Source of the DNA: Verrucomicrobiota bacterium
GTDB lineage: Bacteria; Verrucomicrobiota; Verrucomicrobiia; Limisphaerales; CANJSG01
Direction of reading: 5' to 3'
DNA: 35,329 nucleotides
NCBI GenBank assembly: GCA_038209745.1
Contig: JBBQXJ010000050.1
Span: 1-35,329 of the forward strand
The translations under genes and the position numbers were made by a program. Shown piece after piece: positions 1 to 8,488 of the stretch. How positions within the stretch are numbered: position 1 is the first letter of the stretch; every line of letters starts with the position of its first letter. The notes under the pieces are model-generated. The model was given only the letters and a program-made list of their open reading frames with translations. It was not told the origin of the DNA and did not search any database.

Positions 1-141
1 TGCCGTCCTTCGGCGCATACTCGCAGCGCGTCACCCGCCACTGCCGGCCCAAACCGAGGAGTTCATGAAACAATTGCTCAGGTGTCATCCCCCTTGCTGA
101 CCCATCTCCTACCCTCTACCCACTGAAAACAGCGAGGAACC
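1..141 (-). mobile_element. ISL3-family IS, left end and transposase 5' end (truncated by window edge)
   Basis: Minus strand from 141 reads GGTTCCTCGCTGTTTTCAGTGGG, an ISL3-like terminal IR; ATG at 88 gives MTPEQLFHELLGLGRQWRVTRCEYAPKDG, resembling ISL3 transposase N-termini. Confidence 0.75.
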
Positions 142-178
142 TCAAATCTGTTCAGAATCGTTCCGACCAGGCGGGTTT

Positions 179-1486
179 CTATTGAGCCGCTGCGCGAATT
201 TCCTTCGGATCCACCGTGAACTCGAACTCCAGCGGGTGGCTGACGATGACTTCGAGGGAAATGGTCTTGGCGACGATGGGCTTGGCGAGCCGGACGAGGT
301 ATTCGCGGCGGCCGCTGGACTCGGTGCTGTAGCCGTTGTTCTCGGTCTTGATCTCAGTTCCTTCCGGGTCGTGGAGCGTGAACCGGATCTCGTCGTCCCG
401 GTCGGCGCCATCGGCATGGATCATCAGGGCCGCACCCGGGCTGGTCCAATAGCGGTAACTGTTGGTGTAGGAGGAGCCTGTGCCGTTTCCGAAGTTTCCG
501 GCTTGGCTCGGGTCAAGGACGGGAGCCAGATCGTTGGTGATGGTGACGCGTCCCGGAGCGGTGAACCAATCGACGCTCACCTTGACCCCGGCCGCTTGGT
601 GGGACTGGTCGATGGCGACAATCTCGCCGTCGGCGGGCGTTTTCAGATCGCGTAGGGTGAACTTCTCGGAATCGGCGAATTCCTCGGGGTTTCGTCGATG
701 GACCAGGGTGTTCAGCTTCCAGGCGGGTTCGCCGGGGAAAAGGAATTGGTTTTCGTTGCCGGTGGCGTCGGAAGCCGTGATCCAGCCGGGTTTCGCGTTC
801 TTCCACAGCGGGTCGGTGGAGTCGACGCGCCATTGGGCGCTCAGGCGGTGATAGTCTTTAGAACCGGCATCCGCCAACGACTCCAAGGTGACGGTCAACG
901 GGCCGTTGGTGCGGGTGATGGGGAGCGGGTCCGGGGTCCATTCCGCGAAGGGAGCGAAGATGGGCGTCGGCACGGTGAAAGTGGCGAGCAGGTTCGTCTG
1001 TCCGAGGAATCGGAGCTCGAACGTCTTCTGGCGCCTCGGGAGGCTGCGCAGGATCAGGCCATAGATCAGGCTCGATCCTGCCCCGCTCGAACACGAGCTG
1101 CTGCCGCCGCCCGACAGGTAGAAACCGGAGGAATCGACCGGGACGTATCCGACCCAGGGCATTTGGGAAAGGGTTTGGCCGGCCGGAGCTGCGACCCGGA
1201 AGAAGACGGTGACCGAGTTGCTCCCACTGGAGCAAGTGGAGTTGTAGGCCGACGGGATCCACGGCTGAAACCGTTGCGGCAGGATGCGGCGGGCGAACTT
1301 CTCCCACGGCTTCTCCGTGGTGAACGTCTGACTGCCGACGGTGGTGCCCAGCAGTTCGACCGTGGTGCCATCCGGCAGCGTGGCGATGGGGCTCCGGAGA
1401 GTCATGGCCGTCCAGACCGCGAGGCCGACGAGCGCGACGACGAAGAGGGTCGTCAAGGCGATGAGGACCGGTTTGAGCTTCTTCAT
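179..1486 (-). CDS. Hypothetical N-terminally membrane-anchored protein
   Basis: Start moved to MKKLKPVLIALTTLFVVALVGLAVW (basic residues + TM helix); coding-like GC3; no family recognised. Confidence 0.8.
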   Translation of the reverse strand: MKKLKPVLIALTTLFVVALVGLAVWTAMTLRSPIATLPDGTTVELLGTTVGSQTFTTEKPWEKFARRILPQRFQPWIPSAYNSTCSSGSNSVTVFFRVAAPAGQTLSQMPWVGYVPVDSSGFYLSGGGSSSCSSGAGSSLIYGLILRSLPRRQKTFELRFLGQTNLLATFTVPTPIFAPFAEWTPDPLPITRTNGPLTVTLESLADAGSKDYHRLSAQWRVDSTDPLWKNAKPGWITASDATGNENQFLFPGEPAWKLNTLVHRRNPEEFADSEKFTLRDLKTPADGEIVAIDQSHQAAGVKVSVDWFTAPGRVTITNDLAPVLDPSQAGNFGNGTGSSYTNSYRYWTSPGAALMIHADGADRDDEIRFTLHDPEGTEIKTENNGYSTESSGRREYLVRLAKPIVAKTISLEVIVSHPLEFEFTVDPKEIRAAAQ

Positions 1487-1597
1487 GGCGTCGCCTCGGA
1501 ATGCCGGGGATCCGGATCCGGAGCAATGAGGAAAAGCACATTGAGGACGCAAGTGAAGACGTCGGGTCAAAAGAGGACGGCGAACTCCCGTTCGCCG

Positions 1598-2959
1598 CTA
1601 CGGGGCCGTTTCGATCAAGGCGACGGCTGCAAGAACGTCTTCAGTGGTGAAGTCAGGAGCTGCGTCGAAGCGGCCGTCGGTGCCGGCGTGGCCGGTCTGC
1701 ACGAGGATGGAGCGGAGGCCTGCGTTCTTGGCGGTCTGGAGATCGACGGTGGTGTCGCCGATGAACCAGGACTGGGCGGGGTCGATGTTCAGATCGGCGA
1801 CCGCACGGTCGATCATGCCGGTGCCGGGCTTGCGGCAGTCGCAGGCGATCTTCAGCTCGGGACGTTCTCCGGGGAACCCTTTCTCCGGGTGGTGCGGGCA
1901 GAGGTAGATGCGGTCGAGAAAGGCGTGTTCCAGGCCGAGCAGGGTCTCCAGTTTGTTGTGGGCTTCGCGGACGTCGGCTTCGGTGGCCAGGCCTTTGGCG
2001 ATGACGGGCTGGTTGGTCACGAGGACGGTTCGGTAGCCGAGCTGGTTCAGACGGTGAACGGCCTCGGCGGCGCCGGGGATGAGCTTCAACTGACCAGAGG
2101 AAGTCAGGCCGTGGCGGCTCACTTCCTCGACGAGAGTGCCGTCGCGGTCGAGGAAGACGGCGCGTTGTTTCACGTCGAGGGAGCTTCGGGCGATGGCGCC
2201 GGAAGCGAGCTGCGCGGCGATCTTGTCGTAACGCTCGGGCGTTCCGATGTCCTTGATGAATTCCGGCGTGTTGTAGCCGAGCAACCGTTTCCTGGCGCGG
2301 AGCAGGGCGGGGAAGAGGTCTTTGCCGAAGTCGAGAACCGGGGAGGATCCGGCATCGGCGGCCGATCCCTGATCCCGGATGCCCGATGCCTGATTTCGCC
2401 ACGGAGCGAGCGCGGCCTTCTCCATCACGTAGAGCCCCGCGTTGACCAGATTCTGGCGCCACACTCCCAGAGGATGCGGGCGATTGTGGAAGGCGGTGAT
2501 CTGGTCGTGGTCGTCCACTTCGACGAGGTCGGAATCGAGCGGATGATCGTTGGGATGGAGGACGAGGGTGGCGTCGGCGCGGTGCGACTCGTGGTGGAGC
2601 CAGAGGCGGCCGAGATCGAGATTGACCATGGTGTCGCCGTAGAGGACGGCGAAGCGATCAGCCAAGAGATCGAAGCCATCGAGCACGGCGCCGGCGGTGC
2701 CCAACGGTTCGCGCTCCACGAGGGTGCGGAGCTGGACGCCGAACTTGGAGCCGTCGCCGAAGTACGCCTCGATGATGTCCGCTCGGTAGCAGGCGAAGAT
2801 GAGGATTTCGGTGAACCCGTGTTTGCGACAGAGCTCGATCTGGTGCTCGAGGAGCGGCTTGCCGGCGAAGGGGATCATCGGCTTGGGCAGGTCGCCGAGC
2901 CGGGCGCGCAGGCGCGTGCCCATGCCTCCCGCGAGGATGATGGCTTGGCGGGATATCAT
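1598..2959 (-). CDS. Fused nucleotidyltransferase (HddC-like) / HAD-IIIA heptose-bisphosphate phosphatase (GmhB-like)
   Basis: N-term ILAGGMGTRL..LPKPM, EPLGTAGA, YGD; C-term FLDRDGT, VTNQP, CPHHP..CDCRKP, IGD. Confidence 0.9.
   Translation of the reverse strand: MISRQAIILAGGMGTRLRARLGDLPKPMIPFAGKPLLEHQIELCRKHGFTEILIFACYRADIIEAYFGDGSKFGVQLRTLVEREPLGTAGAVLDGFDLLADRFAVLYGDTMVNLDLGRLWLHHESHRADATLVLHPNDHPLDSDLVEVDDHDQITAFHNRPHPLGVWRQNLVNAGLYVMEKAALAPWRNQASGIRDQGSAADAGSSPVLDFGKDLFPALLRARKRLLGYNTPEFIKDIGTPERYDKIAAQLASGAIARSSLDVKQRAVFLDRDGTLVEEVSRHGLTSSGQLKLIPGAAEAVHRLNQLGYRTVLVTNQPVIAKGLATEADVREAHNKLETLLGLEHAFLDRIYLCPHHPEKGFPGERPELKIACDCRKPGTGMIDRAVADLNIDPAQSWFIGDTTVDLQTAKNAGLRSILVQTGHAGTDGRFDAAPDFTTEDVLAAVALIETAP
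2362..2396. repeat. Five tandem degenerate heptamers inside the HddC-GmhB CDS
   Basis: ccgatcc ctgatcc cggatgc ccgatgc ctgattt; encodes NQASGIRDQGS; related to 26476-26498. Confidence 0.7.
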
Positions 2960-2967
2960 TCAAACAG

Positions 2968-3098
2968 ACCGCACAAAACGCGGAATGACGCAGAAACAAA
3001 TAACGGACGTTCGCTTCCAACTACCGGGCGTTCTCCCACTCGTTTCTAAACGGACTCTGAAAATTTTCCGCGTCATTCGATCTGCGTGTTCTGTGGTT
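2968..3098. repeat. Intergenic imperfect inverted repeat pair
   Basis: gaatgacgcagaaa (2983-2996) vs reverse complement of 3065-3078, gaatgacgcggaaa (13/14); outer arms also similar. Confidence 0.65.
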
Positions 3099-3106
3099 GA
3101 GCCCAG

Positions 3107-4069
3107 TCATGCGCCCTGCTCGGTCGCCACTTGATCGATGGATCGGTCGACGGCGGCGTTGGACGTCAGGCGCGGTGACCAGCCGAGACCCTTCAGCTTG
3201 TCCACCGAGTAGGTGAACTTCGGCACATCGCCCACCCAGCCCCGGCTGCCGCCGGTGTAGCGGATCGTGGCCGACGGGGCGACGCGCTTCACCACGGTTT
3301 CGGCGATGTAGCGGACGGTCGTCGCGGAGTCGGCGGTGCCGATGTTGTAGAAGTTCAGCTTGTCCTGCGCACGGTCCACGATGAAGAGCATGGCTTCGAT
3401 CAGGTCGGCGACGTGGAAGTAGGGCTTCTCCTGTTTGCCGTCGCCGAGGACTTCCAGTTCGGCCGGATTCGCCCGGAGCTTCTGCACGAAGTCGAAGATC
3501 GCTCCGTGGGTGGAGCGGTTCCCCACGACATTGGGAAAACGGAAGATCCACGCGCGGTCGAGCGACGCTTGGAGCGCGGAGGAGATGATCGCTTCGGAGG
3601 CGAGCTTCATGGCGCCGTAGTTCGAGATGGGGAAGAGCGGGCCGGCGTCCTCGACCAGCGCGCCGGGCAGTTCGCCGTAGATGGCGGAGGTGGAGGCGAA
3701 GGCCAGGCGGCGGATGGAGAATTCCTTGAGCACCTTCAGCAGGTTGAACGTGGTGAGGAAGGTGTCGCGGTGGTCGACGTCGGGATCGGCCCCGCCGGCG
3801 CGGATGTCGGAGTTGGCCGCGAGATGCCAGGCGGCGTCGAACGCGGCGGGGGCGGATTCGAGCCGGACGATTTCGCGGAGATTCGGCAGGTCGTTGACGT
3901 CGATCTGGTAGAAGCGGAAGCGGTCGCTTTTCCTCGCGGCGACGAGATTGGACTCGCGGCCGAGCTTCATGTTGTCGACGCCGACGACGGTGCAGCCGCG
4001 CGCGAGGAGCGCGTCCACGAGATGGCTGCCGATGAATCCGGCCGCGCCGGTGACGAGACACTTGGTCAT
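3107..4069 (-). CDS. NAD-dependent epimerase/dehydratase (extended SDR, UDP-glucose 4-epimerase-like)
   Basis: VTGAAGFIGSHL, HLAAN, ASTSAIYG, YGAMK, FRFPNVVG. Confidence 0.92.
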   Translation of the reverse strand: MTKCLVTGAAGFIGSHLVDALLARGCTVVGVDNMKLGRESNLVAARKSDRFRFYQIDVNDLPNLREIVRLESAPAAFDAAWHLAANSDIRAGGADPDVDHRDTFLTTFNLLKVLKEFSIRRLAFASTSAIYGELPGALVEDAGPLFPISNYGAMKLASEAIISSALQASLDRAWIFRFPNVVGNRSTHGAIFDFVQKLRANPAELEVLGDGKQEKPYFHVADLIEAMLFIVDRAQDKLNFYNIGTADSATTVRYIAETVVKRVAPSATIRYTGGSRGWVGDVPKFTYSVDKLKGLGWSPRLTSNAAVDRSIDQVATEQGA

Positions 4070-4138
4070 GCGAAGGAGTGTGGAAGGTGCGGCCACGCGA
4101 GTCCATAGCGGGAAGGTCGGGATGGACTCCGGCGGCCG

Positions 4139-4915
4139 GTGCCGTTACCAACTACGCCCGTGAAAGCTGTCATTCTCGCCGCCGGCAAGGGCACCCGCAT
4201 GGGCGGCCTCACCACCGACATTCCCAAACCGATGCTCCCGGTGCAGGGGCGCCCGATTCTGGAACACATCCTCACCGGCCTGCGCGACGCGGCCGGCATC
4301 CGCGAGTTCTTCATCGTGACGGGGCATCGGGCCGAAGTGGTGGAGGAACATTTCGGCGACGGTTCCAAGTTCGGAGCGACCGTTCGCTATGGCCGGCAAA
4401 TGATGCAGGACGGCACGGGCAAAGCGCCGGAACTCGCGAAGGAGTTTGTCGGCGCCGATCCGTTCCTGCTGACCTATGGCGACATCCTGGTGAAGCCGGA
4501 GACCTACGCCCAGATGGTGGCGCGGTTCGGCGGCGGGGCGTTCGACGGCGTGGTGACGGTGACCGGGAGCGAGGACGTGACCCAGGGCGGATTGTTCTTC
4601 TTCGACGAGGCGTTTTGTCTGAACCACCTGGTGGAAAAACCCTCACAGACGCAGGTGGAGCAGCTCCGGGCCGAAGGCCGGCTGAAGCCCGGAGCGACCG
4701 CCTGGTATAACGCCGGCATCTATGTGTTCCGGCCGTCGGTCTACGACTTCACGGCGCGCCTCCGGAAATCGCCGCGCGGCGAATTCGAACTGACGGACGC
4801 GTTGAGCGCGATGATCGCGGCGGGTCAAAAACTGGCGGGACTCCAGATTCCAGGACGTTGGGTCGATGTGCGGGATCCCGGCGTTTTGGCCAGGGTCGAG
4901 GCGGGCGAAATCTAG
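4139..4915 (+). CDS. Sugar-phosphate nucleotidyltransferase (glucose-1-P thymidylyltransferase-like)
   Basis: VILAAGKGTRMGGLT..PKPM, YGD, EKP, SPRGEFELTDAL; GTG start uncertain (4139 or 4160). Confidence 0.88.
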   Translation: MPLPTTPVKAVILAAGKGTRMGGLTTDIPKPMLPVQGRPILEHILTGLRDAAGIREFFIVTGHRAEVVEEHFGDGSKFGATVRYGRQMMQDGTGKAPELAKEFVGADPFLLTYGDILVKPETYAQMVARFGGGAFDGVVTVTGSEDVTQGGLFFFDEAFCLNHLVEKPSQTQVEQLRAEGRLKPGATAWYNAGIYVFRPSVYDFTARLRKSPRGEFELTDALSAMIAAGQKLAGLQIPGRWVDVRDPGVLARVEAGEI

Positions 4916-5121
4916 CCGCTCGCCGCAGGCGGAGAGAGTCGTCGAAGGTCGGCCGATGGTGGCGACGGTCTTGCGGATGACCGATGATCCGGCGGTCCCA
5001 AGCTGCCCTTCGAGGTTCGTTTCCCAAGCAACCTGGGAAGTCGCCTAGAACCGAGGCAGGCCAATGATCAGGCTCCGAAGCTTGACGCCCGCGCCCGTGC
5101 GCTGGTTTCGTCTGCCGTGTC

Positions 5122-5193
5122 AGGCAATGGATTCTGCCTGCCCGGAACGATCCGGGAAACCGCCGCGGCGAACGCCGGGCTGATGACTCCTAC
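5122..5193 (+). ncRNA. Fluoride riboswitch (crcB motif)
   Basis: GGCAATGGATTCTGCC..AAACCGCC..GGCTGATGACTCCTAC matches the motif consensus; directly upstream of a CLC-F gene. Confidence 0.92.
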
Positions 5194-5297
5194 GCAACCA
5201 AACGTAGGTCCGCCATGCCCGAAAACCGCCGCCGCCGCCACAGCCGACAAGATCCGCTCTCCCCGTCCACGCTTCGTGCCAGGCCGCAGTTCCGCCC

Positions 5298-6635
5298 ATG
5301 AACCTCCGGCGCGAATCTTCCATCTGGCTGGCTCAGGCCCTGATCGCCCTCAAGTGGCTGGGGCTGCTCGTGCCCGTGGCGGCCGCGGTCGGCTCGGCCT
5401 GCGCCTTCTTTCTCTGGAGCCTCGATTGGGCGACCGAATACCGCTTCGTCCATCCGTGGCTCTTGTATCTGCTGCCGGTGGGAGGCGTCGTGATCGGCCT
5501 CATCTACCATCGCTGGGGCAAGTCGATCGAGGGCGGCAACAACCTCATCATGGACCAGATCCACCAGCCGGGCGGAGGCGTGCCGCGACGGATGGCGCCG
5601 TTGGTCCTGTTCGGCACCGTGGCCACTCATTTCTTCGGCGGTTCGGCCGGGCGTGAAGGGACCGCGGTGCAGATGGGTGGAAGCATCGCCGGTGCGTTTG
5701 CCCGGTGGCTGCGGCTGGAATCGGCGGACATCCGGGTCCTGTTGATGGCGGGGGTGGCGGCGGGCTTCGGAGCGGTCTTCGGCACGCCGTTGGCCGGGGC
5801 GGTCTTCGCGCTCGAAGTGCTGATCATCGGGCGAATGGAGTATCGGGCGCTGCTCCCGTGTTTCATCGCATCCGTGCTGGCGGACTGGAGCTGCCACCTT
5901 TGGGGCATCGGCCACACGCAGTATCACGTCGGGTTCACTGGAACCGCCGGCATCACGGGCGCGTTCAAACTGGATCCATGGCTCTTCGGCAAGGTCGTCG
6001 TGTGTTCGGCCGCGTTCGGTCTGGTCAGCGCCTTGTTCTCGGAATTGTCGCACGGGCTGAACGACTGGTTCAAGCGGCTCGTCCCCTATGCGCCGCTCCG
6101 GCCGGCGCTCGGTGGAGGACTGGTCATCGGGTTGACGCTGCTGCTGGGCACACGGGACTTCCTCGGGCTCGGCGTGACGAATCCCGATCCGAACGGAATC
6201 TCCATCGTTTCGTTCTTCACCTCGGCGGAGATCCATCCGTGGGGCTGGTGGTGGAAGCTGCTCTTCACGGCGGTGACGTTGAGTTGCGGGTTCAAGGGCG
6301 GCGAAGTGACGCCGCTGTTCTTCATCGGCGCCGCCCTGGGCAACGCGCTGGCCGGATTGACCGGCGCGCCGACCGATCTGTTCGCCGCGCTGGGCTTCGT
6401 CGCGGTCTTCGCCGGGGCGACCAACACGCCCCTGGCCTGCACCATCATGGGGATCGAACTCTTCGGAGCGGAACACGCGCTGTATCTCGCGACGGCGTGC
6501 TTCATCGCCTACCGGTGCAGCGGACATTCGGGCATCTACCTGTCCCAACGCATCGGCGTGCGCAAGGGCCACGGAGCCGCCATCACGGACGGGAAGACCC
6601 TTCGGCGGATCCGCGAAGAGCGGTCCAAGCCGTAG
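5298..6635 (+). CDS. eriC: CLC-F fluoride/H+ antiporter
   Basis: CLC-F clade signatures GNNLI, GREGT, GEVTP; many TM segments; fluoride riboswitch upstream. Confidence 0.92.
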   Translation: MNLRRESSIWLAQALIALKWLGLLVPVAAAVGSACAFFLWSLDWATEYRFVHPWLLYLLPVGGVVIGLIYHRWGKSIEGGNNLIMDQIHQPGGGVPRRMAPLVLFGTVATHFFGGSAGREGTAVQMGGSIAGAFARWLRLESADIRVLLMAGVAAGFGAVFGTPLAGAVFALEVLIIGRMEYRALLPCFIASVLADWSCHLWGIGHTQYHVGFTGTAGITGAFKLDPWLFGKVVVCSAAFGLVSALFSELSHGLNDWFKRLVPYAPLRPALGGGLVIGLTLLLGTRDFLGLGVTNPDPNGISIVSFFTSAEIHPWGWWWKLLFTAVTLSCGFKGGEVTPLFFIGAALGNALAGLTGAPTDLFAALGFVAVFAGATNTPLACTIMGIELFGAEHALYLATACFIAYRCSGHSGIYLSQRIGVRKGHGAAITDGKTLRRIREERSKP

Positions 6636-6763
6636 CCTTCCAGGGCCGCTCGCCTCGTCACCGGAAGTTCACTTGGGCGCCTCCTGTCCGACGCCGGCCT
6701 CCCTTCCAATGTTGTGCGTTGATCGGCCGCCCATTCCGGGCCCAAACCAGAAAACAACGAACG

Positions 6764-7531
6764 ATGAACACATCGAACTTCATGGGCGGACGGGTCCTAT
6801 CACGGGGCCAAACCTCGAACGCCTACCGGTTGAGAATGGCCGAGTCGACGGCCGATGTCCGCGCGGCCCAGACGCTCCGCTTTCTCGTCTTCAACCTGGA
6901 GATGAACGAAGGCCTCGAAGCCTCCTACGCCACGCTCCGCGACGAGGATCCATTCGACGCGATCTGCGACCACCTGCTCGTCGAAGAAGAGGCCACCGGC
7001 GACATCGTCGGCACTTACCGGCTCCAGACCGGAACGCGAGCGGCGGCCAACCTCGGGTTCTACAGCTCCCAGGAATTCGACCTCTTCGCGCTGGAACCGC
7101 TTCGCCCCCAGCTCGTCGAACTCGGCCGCGCCTGCGTCCACATCCGCCATCGCAACCTCGCCGTGCTGGCGCTGCTCTGGAAGGGCATCGCGGCCTACGC
7201 CCGTCAACGCGGAGGTCGCTACTTGATCGGCTGCAGTTCGCTGTCCTCCACCGAGGCCAAGGTCGGGGCGTCCGCCTATTCCCATCTCATGCGCCGGCAC
7301 CTGGTCGACGAACCTTTCCAGATCCGTCCGCAAGTCGGCTGGGAATGTCCCCTGGATCAATTGGCCGAAGAGACGCCGAAGATTCCGCGCCTCCTGACCG
7401 CGTATTTGTCCTTCGGCGCAAAGATCTGCGGGCAACCGGCCATCGACCGTGAGTTTCGCACCATCGATTTCTTCACCCTGCTCGATCTGCAGACCTTGCC
7501 GGAAGAGACGGTGAACCGGTTCCTGAAGTAG
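6764..7531 (+). CDS. olsB: GNAT N-acyltransferase, OlsB-like
   Basis: AQTLRFLVFNLEM, DEDPFDAICDHLL, VGTYRL, VELGRACV, YLIGCSS, PAIDREFRTIDFF; start at MNTSNF. Confidence 0.8.
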   Translation: MNTSNFMGGRVLSRGQTSNAYRLRMAESTADVRAAQTLRFLVFNLEMNEGLEASYATLRDEDPFDAICDHLLVEEEATGDIVGTYRLQTGTRAAANLGFYSSQEFDLFALEPLRPQLVELGRACVHIRHRNLAVLALLWKGIAAYARQRGGRYLIGCSSLSSTEAKVGASAYSHLMRRHLVDEPFQIRPQVGWECPLDQLAEETPKIPRLLTAYLSFGAKICGQPAIDREFRTIDFFTLLDLQTLPEETVNRFLK

Positions 7532-7701
7532 CTGGGATCCGCCGCTGGGCAGACACCCCTCCTCGTTGTTTTTGTCTGCCAAGATCTCAGGGTGACGTCG
7601 CCTGGGTTTGGAAAGCAGATCGAGAAAACGGGCAGGGATGCCCGCCCGGCGCGACCTCCGGACTTCCGGTCAACCGTCCCGTCGGTGTTCAATCGTTACC
7701 G

Positions 7702-8481
7702 ATGTCACGGCATCCCATCCGCGTTCTCTGGCGTTTCTTCCTCTTCCTCGGGGTTTGTGGCTGCGCATTGCTGGACTTCGTCCTGCGGGTCTGGCTGACC
7801 GGGCGCGCCGGCGAGATCCGGAAACGGACCGAATGGTCGCGCCGCTGGGGCCGGGCCTTCGCCTCCGTCCTTCAGGTGGAGATCATGGTCGAGGGAAGGG
7901 CGCCCTCCGCCGGAATCCTGGTTTCCAACCATCTCTCCTATCTCGACATCGTCGTCTTCGCCACCACCCGTCCCATGGTCTTCGTCTCGAAGGCCGACGT
8001 GCAAAGCTGGCCGATGATCGGATGGCTCACGCGCTGTGCCGGCTCGCTCTTCCTGAAGCGAGAAGTGAAGGCGGACGTCGTGCGCATCGGACAACAATTC
8101 GCACCTCTGATCGCGGCAGGGGAAGTGATCGCCGTCTTCCCGGAAGGAACCAGTTCGGGCGGGGACGCCGTCCTGCCGTTCAAAGCCTCTCTCTTCGCGC
8201 CCGTCGCCGCGCACGGCTGGACGCTGACGCCGGCCGCGATCCGCTATCAATTGGACGAGGGCGACGTGAGCCAGGAAGTCGCCTACTGGGCCGACATGTC
8301 CTTTGCCCCGCACTTCATGAATCTGCTCTCCAAGCGCCGCATCCGAGCGACGGTGCGATTCGGCGAACCCATTGAAGGCGTCACCGACCGCAAGCAACTG
8401 GCGCGCGAAGCCCACGACCAGGTGACCGCGCTGCACGCCGAATTGACCGGGTCGGGCGCAGATCCGATCCGGGTTCAATAG
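7702..8481 (+). CDS. Lysophospholipid acyltransferase, PlsC/OlsA-like
   Basis: SNHLSYLD (HX4D), FVSKADV, FPEGTS, LPFK. Confidence 0.9.
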   Translation: MSRHPIRVLWRFFLFLGVCGCALLDFVLRVWLTGRAGEIRKRTEWSRRWGRAFASVLQVEIMVEGRAPSAGILVSNHLSYLDIVVFATTRPMVFVSKADVQSWPMIGWLTRCAGSLFLKREVKADVVRIGQQFAPLIAAGEVIAVFPEGTSSGGDAVLPFKASLFAPVAAHGWTLTPAAIRYQLDEGDVSQEVAYWADMSFAPHFMNLLSKRRIRATVRFGEPIEGVTDRKQLAREAHDQVTALHAELTGSGADPIRVQ

Positions 8482-8488
8482 GCTCCGC

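Noticed and set aside
698..3049. 783-aa plus-strand ORF
   Set aside because: Antisense shadow of two real genes, typical of high-GC DNA.
5705..6763. N-terminal extension of the OlsB-like ORF
   Set aside because: Overlaps CLC-F in another frame; Arg/Gly-rich, not protein-like.
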